Made by a program: the position numbers and the translations under genes. Below, piece after piece: positions 28,516 to 38,105 of a stretch of DNA of 64,000 nucleotides. Below the pieces are notes generated by a model. It ran no database searches. It was not told the DNA's origin and was given only the letters and a program-made list of their open reading frames with translations. Location of the stretch: contig CAYUYF010000009.1 in the NCBI GenBank assembly GCA_964449145.1, forward strand, positions 8,938-72,937, written 5' to 3'. Each line of letters starts with the position of its first letter. The first letter of the stretch is position 1. This stretch comes from an uncultured Gemmatimonadaceae bacterium. GTDB taxonomy: Bacteria; Gemmatimonadota; Gemmatimonadetes; Gemmatimonadales; GWC2-71-9.

Positions 28516-29477
28516 AGCTCGGCGTGGTGGGCTCGATGGTCTGGGACGAGATCCACGGCCGGGATCCGGCGGCCCCGCCGGTGGAAGAGTGGGGCGGGAT
28601 CGCCTACGCGCTGGGCGCCTTTGATGCCTCCCTGCCGCCGGGCTGGGAGATCGTGCCGCTGATCAAGGTCGGCAGCGACCTGCGCCAGCCCGCCGCCGAG
28701 TTCCTCCGGGAGCTCCGACGAGTGGCCCCCGGCACCCGCTTCACGGAAGTGCCGGTGCCCAACAACCGGGTGGTGCTGCGGTACTCCACCGGCGACCGGC
28801 GCACGGAACGGATGTCCGGCGGCGTGCCTGGGTGGACCTGGGGCGAGCTGGGCCCGATGGTCCGGGATCTCGACGCGCTGTATCTGAACTTCATTTCCGG
28901 CTTCGAGCTGGAATTGGGCACCGCCCAGGCCCTGCGCCAGGGGTTTTCCGGGTTCATCTACGCCGACCTGCACAGCCTGCTCTTCGGCATGCCGCCGGAC
29001 GGGGTGCGGGTACTCCGGCCCCTGGTCGATCCGGCGGCGTGGCTCCACTGTTTCGACGTGGTCCAGATGAACGAGGACGAGATGGGCCAGTTTGCCCCCG
29101 ATCCGATGGCCGCCGCCGCCATGGCCCTGGGGGCTGGCGTGCGCCTGCTGGTGGTCACGCTGGGTGCGCGGGGTGCGGTGTACTTCGAGGGGTCCGCCGC
29201 GCCGCGGCAGCTGGGGGGCAGCGGGGAGGCCACGGGCCCAACCGGCCCGATCCGGACCGCCCTGATCGCCGCCCCCCGGGTGGATGCCCTCGACCCGACC
29301 GGCTGCGGCGACGTCTTCGGCGCCGGGTTGTGCGCCGGCCTGCTGGCCCGGCTTCCCGCCCCCGAGGCGATTGCCCAGGCCAACCAGTTGGCGGCCCGGA
29401 ATGCGGCGCTCCGGGGCGCACGCGGCCTTGGCACTCTCCTCCGCGGCGGACTCGCCGTGCCGGCGGGGCGCGCATGA
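28512..29477 (+). CDS. PfkB-family carbohydrate kinase
   Basis: The GTG start overlaps the ROK stop (GTGA). It has the C-terminal PfkB signature DPTGCGDVFGAG and ribokinase-like LVVTLGARGA. Confidence 0.8.
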   Translation: MKLGVVGSMVWDEIHGRDPAAPPVEEWGGIAYALGAFDASLPPGWEIVPLIKVGSDLRQPAAEFLRELRRVAPGTRFTEVPVPNNRVVLRYSTGDRRTERMSGGVPGWTWGELGPMVRDLDALYLNFISGFELELGTAQALRQGFSGFIYADLHSLLFGMPPDGVRVLRPLVDPAAWLHCFDVVQMNEDEMGQFAPDPMAAAAMALGAGVRLLVVTLGARGAVYFEGSAAPRQLGGSGEATGPTGPIRTALIAAPRVDALDPTGCGDVFGAGLCAGLLARLPAPEAIAQANQLAARNAALRGARGLGTLLRGGLAVPAGRA

Positions 29478-30373
29478 GCCGGGTGGTGGAGGTCCCGGCG
29501 ATGTTCGACGACCGAAGCTTCGAGCAGTTCGCCGCCTCGTTCGCGGCGGGGTCGATCGGAGACCGGATGCTGTTCGACGCCCGGCTGGCCCAGTGGGCTT
29601 CTCCGTTCGGTTTACTGGGGATGCTGACGGCCGGCCAGGCCATTCGGGAGGCCGGCGGACCGACACCCGGATTCACCGTGCCGCAGGCCGAGGAGGTCCG
29701 GCGTTACTGGGCCCGCACCGGGTTCTTCCAGCACGCCCGCGAGCTGTTCGAGATCCACGGGAAGGTGCCCCGCCTCAAGCCGGATGAGCAGTCGGATGTG
29801 CTGCTGGATGTGACGCCGGTCCGCGCCTCCGAGGACGTGCACAGCGTGGTAGGGAAGATCCAGGCAGGCGCCGCCCGGATCCTGCATGGGGAGCTGGGAC
29901 TGGAGGTCACGGCCACCATGGGATTCGCCATGGCACTTTCGGAGGCTTGCCAGAATATTGTGGAGCATGCCGGAACCGGCGGCTGGGTGGCGGTGCACGC
30001 CTACAGCTTCCGGAAACGGCTGGGGCGGCGAGTCGTGGTCATTGCGGTGAGCGACGCCGGGATCGGCTTCCGGCGCTCGCTGGAGGCCACTCAGGCTCGC
30101 CGCTTCGGCGACCGGTGGGGGGACGGCGCGGCCCTCGAGGCGGCGGTCATCCAGCACACCAGCCGCTTCCGCGACCCCGGCCGGGGTCAGGGAATGCCCG
30201 GTATCAAGCGCTACCTGACCCGCTGGGACGGCAAGCTCAGCATCCGCAGCGGCACCGCCCGGATCGCCATCGTGCCCCCGTGGGATGACGACGCACCGCT
30301 GGTGGAAGGGCTGGCGCCCTTTCCCGGCTCGCAACTCCAGATTGTGATCCCTGGCCAGGAGATCGCCAAGTGA
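29474..30373 (+). CDS. GHKL-type ATPase / putative Ser-protein kinase (RsbW/SpoIIAB-like C-terminal half) with an unknown ~135-aa N-terminal domain
   Basis: ATGA overlap with the PfkB gene. N-box EACQNIVEHAG (res 157-167), G1 box VSDAGIGF (res 192-199), G2 box GRGQGMPG (res 236-243). The N-terminal domain is not recognised. Confidence 0.6.
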   Translation: MSRVVEVPAMFDDRSFEQFAASFAAGSIGDRMLFDARLAQWASPFGLLGMLTAGQAIREAGGPTPGFTVPQAEEVRRYWARTGFFQHARELFEIHGKVPRLKPDEQSDVLLDVTPVRASEDVHSVVGKIQAGAARILHGELGLEVTATMGFAMALSEACQNIVEHAGTGGWVAVHAYSFRKRLGRRVVVIAVSDAGIGFRRSLEATQARRFGDRWGDGAALEAAVIQHTSRFRDPGRGQGMPGIKRYLTRWDGKLSIRSGTARIAIVPPWDDDAPLVEGLAPFPGSQLQIVIPGQEIAK

Positions 30374-30903
30374 CCGAGACTATTCGCCTGGACCTGATGC
30401 TCCGGGAGACCGTGCATGCCGGCTACACCAACCTGGTGACGCGGCCGACCGGCCGGGCCATCCGGACCAGCATCAGGGAGCGGCTCTCCAACGGCCAGGT
30501 GCTGGCACTGCTGGATTTCTCCGAGATCGGTCTGGTGGACATGAGCTGCGCCGATGAGGTCATCGCCCAGCTGCTGCTGGATCCGCCCATGGGGACCTAC
30601 TTCATGCTGCAGGGGCTCAGTGCGGAGCAGCTGGAAGCCATCGAGCACGTGCTGGAGCACCACGACCTCGCGGCCCTGGTCCACGACCCCCAGACCGGCG
30701 AGGCTCGCCCGGTGGGGCGCGTGTCGCCAGACCTGCGAGCGGCCTTCGAACAGCTGCGCGCGTCGGGACCTTGTACCATCACCGCGCTGGCCGAGCGCAT
30801 CGGGTGGGACGAGGCGCAGGCTGGCGCGGTGCTGGCCACCCTGGCCCGGCTCCGGCTGGTCCGCTGCGACGACGGCTCCTACTCGCTGCCCCTCAGCGCA
30901 TGA
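30370..30903 (+). CDS. STAS-like (DUF4325-type) domain protein with a C-terminal winged-helix motif
   Basis: GTGA overlap with the GHKL gene. TRPTGRAIRTSIRERLSNGQVLALLDFSEIGLVDMSCADEVI fits the DUF4325/STAS pattern. The C-terminus ITALAERIGWDEAQAGAVLATLARLRLVRCDDGSYSL looks like a wHTH. Confidence 0.5.
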   Translation: MTETIRLDLMLRETVHAGYTNLVTRPTGRAIRTSIRERLSNGQVLALLDFSEIGLVDMSCADEVIAQLLLDPPMGTYFMLQGLSAEQLEAIEHVLEHHDLAALVHDPQTGEARPVGRVSPDLRAAFEQLRASGPCTITALAERIGWDEAQAGAVLATLARLRLVRCDDGSYSLPLSA

Positions 30904-32048
30904 AGCGCAAACTCGGTGTTTCCACCATCGCGGTGCACGGCCAGCCCGCCCGCCGGGGCGACTGGACCCCGGTCGTCTCCCCGCTGTACCAGAGCAGCAC
31001 CTTCACCAATCCGGTCGGCTCCGACGAAGAGGTGATGTACAGCCGCTACGGCAACAACCCCAACCAGACCAGCCTCGCCACCAAGTACGCCCTGCTGGAA
31101 GGCGCGGAGGGAGCGATCTTCGTCGCGAGCGGCATGGGGGCAACGGCGCTGGCGCACCTGGCCGTGCTCCGCCCGGGGGACCACCTGCTCTCCAGCAGCT
31201 GGATCTATGGCGGCACCCGTCGGCTGTTCGACGAGGAGCTGACCCGCATCGGGATCGAAGTGACCTACGTGAGCCCGGACCAGCCGCGGCAGTGGCGCCG
31301 CTCGGTCCGCAAGAGCACCCGGGCGGTGTTTGTGGAGACACCGACCAATCCCACCATGCGGGTGCTGGATCTCGCCCCGATGGCCCAGATCGCCCGGGAC
31401 GGGGGGTTCGCCTGCCTGGTCGACGCCACCTTCGCGAGCCCGGTCAACTTCCAGGCGCTGCGGCACGGCGCAGACATCGTGATCACCAGCGCCACCAAGT
31501 ACCTCAACGGCCACAGCGACGTGATCGCGGGGGCGGTCGCGGGGTCGGCGGCGCTGGTGGAGGAAGTGACCCGGTTGATGCAGCTGTGGGGACAGGCCAT
31601 TGATCCGCACGCCGCCTGGCTGGTGGAGCGCGGGCTCAGGACGCTGGGCATTCGGATGGAGCGGCACAACCTCAACGGCATGGCGGTGGCGCGCTGGGCG
31701 GAGGGTCGCGACCAGTTCCAGCGGGTGCATTACCCCGGGCTGCCGAGTCACCCCGATCATGCCCTTGCGGCCAAGATGCTGACCGGATTCGGCGGGATGG
31801 TGGGATTGGAGCTGCGCGGCGGCGCCCGTGCCGCGGAAAAGTTCCTCAAGAAGCTCAAGCTCGTCACCCACGCCCCGAGCCTGGCGGGGGTGGAGAGCCT
31901 GATCTCCGAGCCCCGGATCACCAGCCACAGCCGGCTCACCGAGGAGCAGCGCACCAAGCAGGGCATCCCCGACGGCTTCCTCCGGCTCTCCTGCGGGATC
32001 GAGGACGCGGAGGACATCATCGCGGATCTGGATCAGGCGCTGGGGTAG
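30900..32048 (+). CDS. Cys/Met-metabolism PLP-dependent enzyme (cystathionine gamma-synthase / beta-lyase / gamma-lyase family)
   Basis: ATGA overlap with the upstream gene. It has the PLP-lysine motif SATKYLNGHSD, plus Y.R..NP and E.PTNP motifs. The exact reaction cannot be assigned from sequence. Confidence 0.85.
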   Translation: MKRKLGVSTIAVHGQPARRGDWTPVVSPLYQSSTFTNPVGSDEEVMYSRYGNNPNQTSLATKYALLEGAEGAIFVASGMGATALAHLAVLRPGDHLLSSSWIYGGTRRLFDEELTRIGIEVTYVSPDQPRQWRRSVRKSTRAVFVETPTNPTMRVLDLAPMAQIARDGGFACLVDATFASPVNFQALRHGADIVITSATKYLNGHSDVIAGAVAGSAALVEEVTRLMQLWGQAIDPHAAWLVERGLRTLGIRMERHNLNGMAVARWAEGRDQFQRVHYPGLPSHPDHALAAKMLTGFGGMVGLELRGGARAAEKFLKKLKLVTHAPSLAGVESLISEPRITSHSRLTEEQRTKQGIPDGFLRLSCGIEDAEDIIADLDQALG

Positions 32049-32209
32049 GACCGACCGCTGTCCGCCAGCGGACATCGCGCGCTGCCGGAGGTGGCCCCGT
32101 GGGTCCCGGCCCCACCCAATCGCACGCTCCGTCACCTCACGGTGGCGCGCTGATCGCCGATACCGGCCCCTCGCTTTACTCCCCCACCCGCCAATCCTAT
32201 CTTCCTGCC

Positions 32210-32896
32210 GTGATCCGGCTTACGCAGGTCTTCAAGGATTATCCCAAGGGCGTCGCCCTCAAGAATGTCTCGCTTCGCATTGCGAAGGGGGAGTTCGTAT
32301 TCCTCACCGGGCATTCCGGCGCCGGCAAGTCCACCATCCTCAAGCTGATCTTCGGTGAACTGCGCCCCAGCATGGGCGATGTGCGGGTCTCCGGTTTCAG
32401 TATCGCGGACCTCACCCCGGGCGATGTGCCCCGCCTGCGCCGGCGGCTGGGAGTGGTGTTCCAGGACTTCCGCCTGCTGGAGGATCGCACCGCCGAGGAA
32501 AACGTGGCGTTCGCCCTCGAAGTGACCGGGGCGCGGCGCGATGCGATCCCCTCGCGGGTCATGCGGGTGCTCACCCAGGTCGGGCTGGCCGCCAAGGCCC
32601 ATGCCTATCCGCAGGAGCTCTCGGGCGGGGAGCAGCAGCGCGTCGCCATTGCCCGCGCACTGGTCAACGACCCGGCGATCCTGATCGCCGACGAGCCGAC
32701 CGGCAACCTCGATGAGCGGGCGACGCGTGGCGTCTTCCAGCTGATCCGGGAGATCAACGCCGGCGGCACCTGCGTGGTCATGGCCACCCATGATCTCGAC
32801 CTGGTCAAGCAGACCACCTACCGCACCGTGGAGCTGCGGGACGGGGCCGTCGTGTTCGATTCCGGCGCCGACGAATCCCCCGAGGAGGAATCATGA
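32210..32896 (+). CDS. ftsE: Cell-division ABC ATPase FtsE
   Basis: GTG start at (V)IRLTQVFKDYPKG. Walker A GHSGAGKST, signature LSGGEQQR, Walker B ILIADEPTGNLD. It overlaps ftsX (ATGA). Confidence 0.9.
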   Translation: MIRLTQVFKDYPKGVALKNVSLRIAKGEFVFLTGHSGAGKSTILKLIFGELRPSMGDVRVSGFSIADLTPGDVPRLRRRLGVVFQDFRLLEDRTAEENVAFALEVTGARRDAIPSRVMRVLTQVGLAAKAHAYPQELSGGEQQRVAIARALVNDPAILIADEPTGNLDERATRGVFQLIREINAGGTCVVMATHDLDLVKQTTYRTVELRDGAVVFDSGADESPEEES

Positions 32897-33762
32897 GGCT
32901 GCTCGTGCGCGAGGCCTTCCTCGCCTTCCGGCGGGCACCGCTGCTGTCCACGCTCTCCATCACCACGATCGGGTTCTCGCTGTATGCGGTGGGACTGTTT
33001 GCCCTGGTGGCCGTCAACCTGCGGGAGGCCCTCCGGCTGGTGGAAGAGCGGGTCGAGGTCGTGGCCTACCTGCTGCACGGCACGCCGCCCGAGGCGATCG
33101 CCCAGGCCTCCCAGGACATCGCCGCGTTTCCGGAAGTGGCCCGGGTGACGTTCGTGAGCGAGGACGAGGCGCTCAAGCGAGCCCGGGCGGAGCTGGTGGA
33201 GTTCCGGGACGCCTACCGGGACCTGGCGGTGAATCCGCTGCCGGCCTCGCTGGAAATCCAACTCAAGGCCGGTTTCAGGGATGCGGAGAACACCGCCCGC
33301 GTCGCCGACCGGATCCGCGGCTACGGGTTCATTGACGACGTCCGGTACGGGCGGGAGTGGATCGAAAAGCTGGACCGGCTCCGCAACATCGCCGGGCTGG
33401 TGGGCTTCACCATCGGACTCGCCTTCGCCGCGGTCGCGGTGGTCATCATCGGCGTGACGATCCGGATTACCGTGCTGCAGCGGGCGCGGGAGATCGCCGT
33501 GATGCGGCTGGTCGGCGCGACCCACGGGTTCATTCGGGGGCCGTTCCTGCTGGAGGGCGTCATCAAGGGGCTGGCGGGCGGCTTGTTCGCCGTCGGGCTC
33601 TGCTACGCCACCTATCAGCTCTTCCGCGGCCAGGTGCAGCTGGCCACCTCGGGGATCGTCTTCCTCCTGCCCGGGCAGATCCTGCTCGGGGTGATCTTCG
33701 GCGTGGCAATCGGATTCTTCGGGAGCCTGGTCAGCGTGGAGCGTCACCTGAGCGATGTCTAG
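32893..33762 (+). CDS. ftsX: Cell-division permease FtsX
   Basis: 289 aa with 4 TM helices and a periplasmic loop. EIAVMRLVGAT..FI..PF is an FtsX-family motif. It follows ftsE. Confidence 0.85.
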   Translation: MRLLVREAFLAFRRAPLLSTLSITTIGFSLYAVGLFALVAVNLREALRLVEERVEVVAYLLHGTPPEAIAQASQDIAAFPEVARVTFVSEDEALKRARAELVEFRDAYRDLAVNPLPASLEIQLKAGFRDAENTARVADRIRGYGFIDDVRYGREWIEKLDRLRNIAGLVGFTIGLAFAAVAVVIIGVTIRITVLQRAREIAVMRLVGATHGFIRGPFLLEGVIKGLAGGLFAVGLCYATYQLFRGQVQLATSGIVFLLPGQILLGVIFGVAIGFFGSLVSVERHLSDV

Positions 33763-34972
33763 GGCGACTCGGCGACTCGGGGCGGCGCGCCGGCGGGGCG
33801 GCGGCCGAACACTCCTGCTCCTGGTTCTGCTCGCCGGCACCGTCCCGCCAGCCGAGGCCCAGCAGGGTCTGGACGAATCCCGCCGCCGGCTCGAGGAGGT
33901 GCGCCGGGAGCGGGAGCGCCTGGAGCAGGAGCGGATCCGGCTGCAGGGCCAGGTCCATGACCTCAACGCCGAACTCGACAACCTGGAGCGCCAGCGGCAG
34001 AGCACCAACCGGATCGTCAACGAGATCGAGTCACAGATCGGCGGGCTGAATACCCACGTGGACCGGGCCAGCACCGACCTCGCCCTGGCCCAGGACAACC
34101 TGGCCGAGAAGCGCGCCGTGGTAGCCCGCCGGCTGGCGGAGATCTACAAGCGCGGCACGCTGTACACCTTCGAGGTGCTGGTCTCCGCGCAGTCCTTCGG
34201 GGACCTCCTCTCCCGCTACAAGTATTTGTTCCTGCAGTCGCGCCAGGACCGGGCGCTGGTCACCGACGTGGAGAAGCTGACCCGCCAGGTGGACCGGCGG
34301 CGGCGGGAGATTCTCGACACCCGGACCCAGCTGGACAGTCGCCGCGTGGAGCGAGAGGCCGAACTCACTCGCTACGGCCAGCTGGTCGAGGAGGGCGCCC
34401 GCCGGCTGCGCGAGACCCGGCGCACGGCCAGAACCACCGAGCAGCGCCTCTCGGCCCTGGAACAGGACGAGGCGCGGCTCAACACCCTCCTGGTGGAACT
34501 GGAACGGGCCCGGCGCACCACCGAGGCCGGCCGGCCCGCCGGGGCGGCCGGGGCCGGGACCCTCACCACCTCCGACATCGGCAAGCTGGACTGGCCGGTG
34601 GAGGGTCCGATCATGACCCGCTTCGGGCGGGAGCAGCTGCCCTCCGGCGCGGTCATCCGCAACAACGGCATCCGGATCGGGGCGACGATCGGTACCCCGG
34701 TGAAGGCGGTGGAGGCGGGCACGGTGGAGCGGGTGATGAGCTTCAGCACCTATGGACTCATGGTGATCGTGGCCCACGGCAACGGGTACCGCTCCATCTA
34801 CAGCAATCTGGACGAGGCGCGGGTAGCGCTCAACGCGCCGGTGACGAAGGGGCAGATCGTCGGGACGGTGGGCGGGGAGAACAGCGACAACGGACCCCAC
34901 CTGTACTTCGAGATCCGGGGAGAGCAGGGAATCGCGCTGGACCCGACCGACTGGCTGAAGCGGCGGCGGTAG
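33755..34972 (+). CDS. EnvC-like murein hydrolase activator (coiled coil + M23/LytM domain)
   Basis: Signal peptide, a long heptad-rich Q/E/R/L region, and a C-terminal M23 domain (NGIRIGA..GTPVKAVEAGTV...GL.VIV.HG.GY.S.Y..L). It overlaps the ftsX end by 8 nt. Confidence 0.8.
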   Translation: MSRATRRLGAARRRGGGRTLLLLVLLAGTVPPAEAQQGLDESRRRLEEVRRERERLEQERIRLQGQVHDLNAELDNLERQRQSTNRIVNEIESQIGGLNTHVDRASTDLALAQDNLAEKRAVVARRLAEIYKRGTLYTFEVLVSAQSFGDLLSRYKYLFLQSRQDRALVTDVEKLTRQVDRRRREILDTRTQLDSRRVEREAELTRYGQLVEEGARRLRETRRTARTTEQRLSALEQDEARLNTLLVELERARRTTEAGRPAGAAGAGTLTTSDIGKLDWPVEGPIMTRFGREQLPSGAVIRNNGIRIGATIGTPVKAVEAGTVERVMSFSTYGLMVIVAHGNGYRSIYSNLDEARVALNAPVTKGQIVGTVGGENSDNGPHLYFEIRGEQGIALDPTDWLKRRR

Positions 34973-34993
34973 CCTCCGGGCAGCGGCGGGCCG

Positions 34994-36433
34994 CTACGCC
35001 GCCACCGTCTCGGCGGTGCCGATGCGGCCGTCGGTCTGGGCTTTCCCCCTGAGCAGGGCGGCTTCCATCAGGGCGAACAGGTCCTGGGTGCCGTCAGCGG
35101 CGGGGTGAGGGAAGGTCACGACCCCCGCGGCCATCGTGGGCCGGTCGTTGGCGGCAAGGTCAGGGAAGTCGTGCCCCAGAATGCGGGCCCGGACCCGTCC
35201 GATCGACGCCCGGGCGCCCACGATATCCGTCTCCGGGAGCACCAGGGCGAATTCGTCGCCGCCGTAGCGCCCCACGAAGTCCGGGGCACGGACCTCGCGC
35301 TGCAGGATCCCGCCCAGCTCGGCCATGACGCGATCGCCCACCACGGTGCCAAACCGCTCGTTGTAGCCCCGCAGCTGGTCCACATCCAGCAGCACCACGG
35401 AGAAGGTCAGGGCATAGCGGCGCGCCCGCTGGAACTCCTCCTGGATACGCCGGTCCAGCGCATCGAGATTGCCGCAGCCGGTGAGCATGTCGGTGGCCAG
35501 GGCGCTGGCCTGGCGGCGGGCCAGCCCGGCCCGGCGTTCCTCGTTTTCCAGGAGCCGTGCCGCCGCCCGGAGCAGCCGTTCGGCGAATGCCAGTTGCTCC
35601 GGGGCCAGCGGTGGATCCTCCCGCCGGGTCCGGAGCAGGAAGACCCCCGCCGGCCGGCCGTGGAGGCTGACGGGAATGACCGCCACACTGCGGATGTCGG
35701 CGGCGACGCCCAGGTCCTTCCACAGCGGCCGGATCTCCTCGAAGAAGGGGTGTGTCTCCAGGTCGGGGATGAACACGGTCTGCTCGCTGCGCAGGGCCTC
35801 GCGGATCTCGGGATAGCGGTAGAGATCCACCCGGAGGTCTCGCGCCGAGGGACGTTCGCACACCGCGACCACCCGGCCATAGCGCTCCCAGGGAGAGGCC
35901 AGCAGGAACGAGCAGCGGGGCAGCTCCAGCGCCAAGCCGACCCGGCGGACCAGGGTCTCCACAATGGCGTCGGACCGGAGGTTCGAGGAGAGTTCCTCGA
36001 GGATGTCGAACATGAGCTCCTGCCGCCACAGCGTCTCGCGCCCGGCCTCATCCTGGGGGAGGCGGCGGAGGCGGGCCCCCAGGCGAGCGACGAGTTCCCG
36101 CAGGTGCACCGGGGCCACCACGGCGTCGTCGGCTCCCATCCCCAGCGCCTTGGCGGCGCCGTCCGGGTCGGGCTCGCCGAGGAGCACCACGAGAGGGATC
36201 CCGCTCCAGGCGGCACCACCCATCGCGGCGAGGGCGAGTTCCAGGGCGCGGTCGGCGACCGCGGCAGTGAGGAGGACGATGTCTGGAGGGGAGGCGGGCG
36301 GCGGATCGGTGTCGGGGCCCTCTCTTTCGACGACGAGATAGCCACCTCGGGACAGCGCACGCTCCAGCCCCGCCGGCCGGGAGGCGGCGTCACCCAGCAG
36401 CAGGATGCGGTGAAGCGAAGAGGGGTCGGTCAC
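34994..36433 (-). CDS. Diguanylate cyclase: degenerate receiver-like domain + GAF + GGDEF
   Basis: GGDEF is intact (RYGGDEFALVLPE) with an RAPD I-site 5 residues upstream. A GAF-like middle is present. In the N-terminal REC-like fold the phospho-acceptor position reads DIVLLT (Thr) and the conserved Lys position reads VAP. The GTG start at 36433 is inferred. Confidence 0.8.
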   Translation of the reverse strand: MTDPSSLHRILLLGDAASRPAGLERALSRGGYLVVEREGPDTDPPPASPPDIVLLTAAVADRALELALAAMGGAAWSGIPLVVLLGEPDPDGAAKALGMGADDAVVAPVHLRELVARLGARLRRLPQDEAGRETLWRQELMFDILEELSSNLRSDAIVETLVRRVGLALELPRCSFLLASPWERYGRVVAVCERPSARDLRVDLYRYPEIREALRSEQTVFIPDLETHPFFEEIRPLWKDLGVAADIRSVAVIPVSLHGRPAGVFLLRTRREDPPLAPEQLAFAERLLRAAARLLENEERRAGLARRQASALATDMLTGCGNLDALDRRIQEEFQRARRYALTFSVVLLDVDQLRGYNERFGTVVGDRVMAELGGILQREVRAPDFVGRYGGDEFALVLPETDIVGARASIGRVRARILGHDFPDLAANDRPTMAAGVVTFPHPAADGTQDLFALMEAALLRGKAQTDGRIGTAETVAA

Positions 36434-36505
36434 AGACGCACAGGTGTCCCAGCGTGGCGGCCGGGAACGTACCCGGACCGGGCGCAGTGTCAAGGAAAGC
36501 GAGAA

Positions 36506-37396
36506 ATGACCAAGCACCCCGCAGGACCGACCGACCTCCTCGGCGCGCACGTTTCCACGCAGGGGGGGGTCGCGACGGCGCCAGGGCGCGCGCGGGACAT
36601 CGGGGCCACGGCGCTTCAACTGTTCACCAAGACCCCGAACCAATGGCGGGAGCCGGAGATGGACCCGGCCACCCGGAGTGCATTTCGGGAAGCGGTGGAG
36701 CGCTCTGGCGTGTCGGCCATGGTAGCGCACGATTCATACCTGATCAATCTTGCCTCACCCGATGCGAAGCTAAGTGCGCGGTCCGTCAGGTCTTTTGTCG
36801 CGGAGCTCCAGCGGTGTGAGAGCCTGGGGATCCCAGCGGTGGTGTCGCATCCGGGCAACTATATCGATGACCGGCACCACGGCCTGGCCCGCAACGCGAC
36901 GAACTACGCCCGTGCGCTCGCGGAGGTACCGGGCACGGTAATGGTACTGCTGGAGACCACCGCCGGCACGGGCACGGCGCTGGGGGCCACCTTCGAGGAG
37001 CTGGCGGAGCTGCGGGAGCGGATCCCGGACGCGGTCCGGCACCGCGTCGGGATCTGTGCCGACACCTGCCACCTCTACGCGGCGGGCTACGATCTGGTCC
37101 GCGACTACGACGGCGTATGGGCCCGCTTTGACCACATCATCGGACTCGCCCACCTGCGCTGCCTGCACCTCAATGACTCCAAGACCCCCTTCGGCTCGCG
37201 GCGCGACCGGCATGAGCTGATCGGGGAAGGAAGCCTGGGCGCGGAACCGTTCCGCCGCATCATGCGGGATCCTCGCTTCGCTTCGGTGATGAAGATCCTG
37301 GAGACCCCCAAGGGCGACGACCCCGTGGCAGCGGATCGCCGCATGCTCCGGCGGCTGCGCGCCTATGCCCGGGGCGGAAGGGGCCCCCGCGGTTGA
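36506..37396 (+). CDS. nfo: Endonuclease IV
   Basis: LLGAHVS..GG, ALQLFTK.P..W, HDSYLINLASPD, VSHPG, LLETTAG.G and the CxDTCH-type motif (CADTCHLYAAGYD). Confidence 0.9.
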   Translation: MTKHPAGPTDLLGAHVSTQGGVATAPGRARDIGATALQLFTKTPNQWREPEMDPATRSAFREAVERSGVSAMVAHDSYLINLASPDAKLSARSVRSFVAELQRCESLGIPAVVSHPGNYIDDRHHGLARNATNYARALAEVPGTVMVLLETTAGTGTALGATFEELAELRERIPDAVRHRVGICADTCHLYAAGYDLVRDYDGVWARFDHIIGLAHLRCLHLNDSKTPFGSRRDRHELIGEGSLGAEPFRRIMRDPRFASVMKILETPKGDDPVAADRRMLRRLRAYARGGRGPRG

Positions 37397-37427
37397 CCCC
37401 GCCCCGGCCGCCCGCGACCTTTCCGGC

Positions 37428-38105
37428 ATGCCCGCCTCACGCCTGCGCACGCTTCCAGCCACGCTCCTCGCCGCCCTGGCGCTGACCGGGTCCGCCTGTG
37501 GTGACGGCGCCGGCCCGGCACGGGTCGCGCCTTACGACTGGCAGCTCCTGCTGCCGTACGACAGCGCCGGCTTTCGGGTGGACACCCTGGCCTTCCACTG
37601 GCCGGCCGCGAACCTGCCGGTGCAGCTGTGGGTGGAAAACCAGGGGGGCCTGCCGGGTCACTTCGCGGCGGCGATCACCATGTGGCGGGACGCGTTCCCC
37701 GGCGGCGCCTGGGATGCCGCGATCACAACGGACTCGGCCACGGCGGATATCATCGTCCGCTACCTGCCGGCCGCCTCCGGGCCGGGCGCGGCCCTCCTGG
37801 CCACCCGGCGGCAGTCGTGCGAAGGCGCCACAGCCGTGGACACGGGCGCGACGCGCTTCCAGCTTCGTCTGCCCATGCGGATCTACGTGTATCCGTCGAT
37901 CCTGGGCGCGCCGGACGTCAACGAATGCCTGGCCATCGCCTCCGCCCACGAGCTGGGCCACAGCCTGGGCATCCTGCAGCACTCGCCGGATCCGGCCGAC
38001 CTCATGTACCCGACGCCCACGGCCACCGCCCCCACCGATCGGGATCTGGCCTCCGCCCGCGCCGCCTATCAGACCCCGGCCGACATCGTCCCGGTCCGCC
38101 CCTGA
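37428..38105 (+). CDS. Matrixin-like (M10) zinc metalloprotease lipoprotein
   Basis: Lipobox LALTGSACG. Zinc motif [14 protein letters not shown] (HExxHxxGxxH) followed by LMYP (Met-turn). Confidence 0.65.
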   Translation: MPASRLRTLPATLLAALALTGSACGDGAGPARVAPYDWQLLLPYDSAGFRVDTLAFHWPAANLPVQLWVENQGGLPGHFAAAITMWRDAFPGGAWDAAITTDSATADIIVRYLPAASGPGAALLATRRQSCEGATAVDTGATRFQLRLPMRIYVYPSILGAPDVNECLAIASAHELGHSLGILQHSPDPADLMYPTPTATAPTDRDLASARAAYQTPADIVPVRP

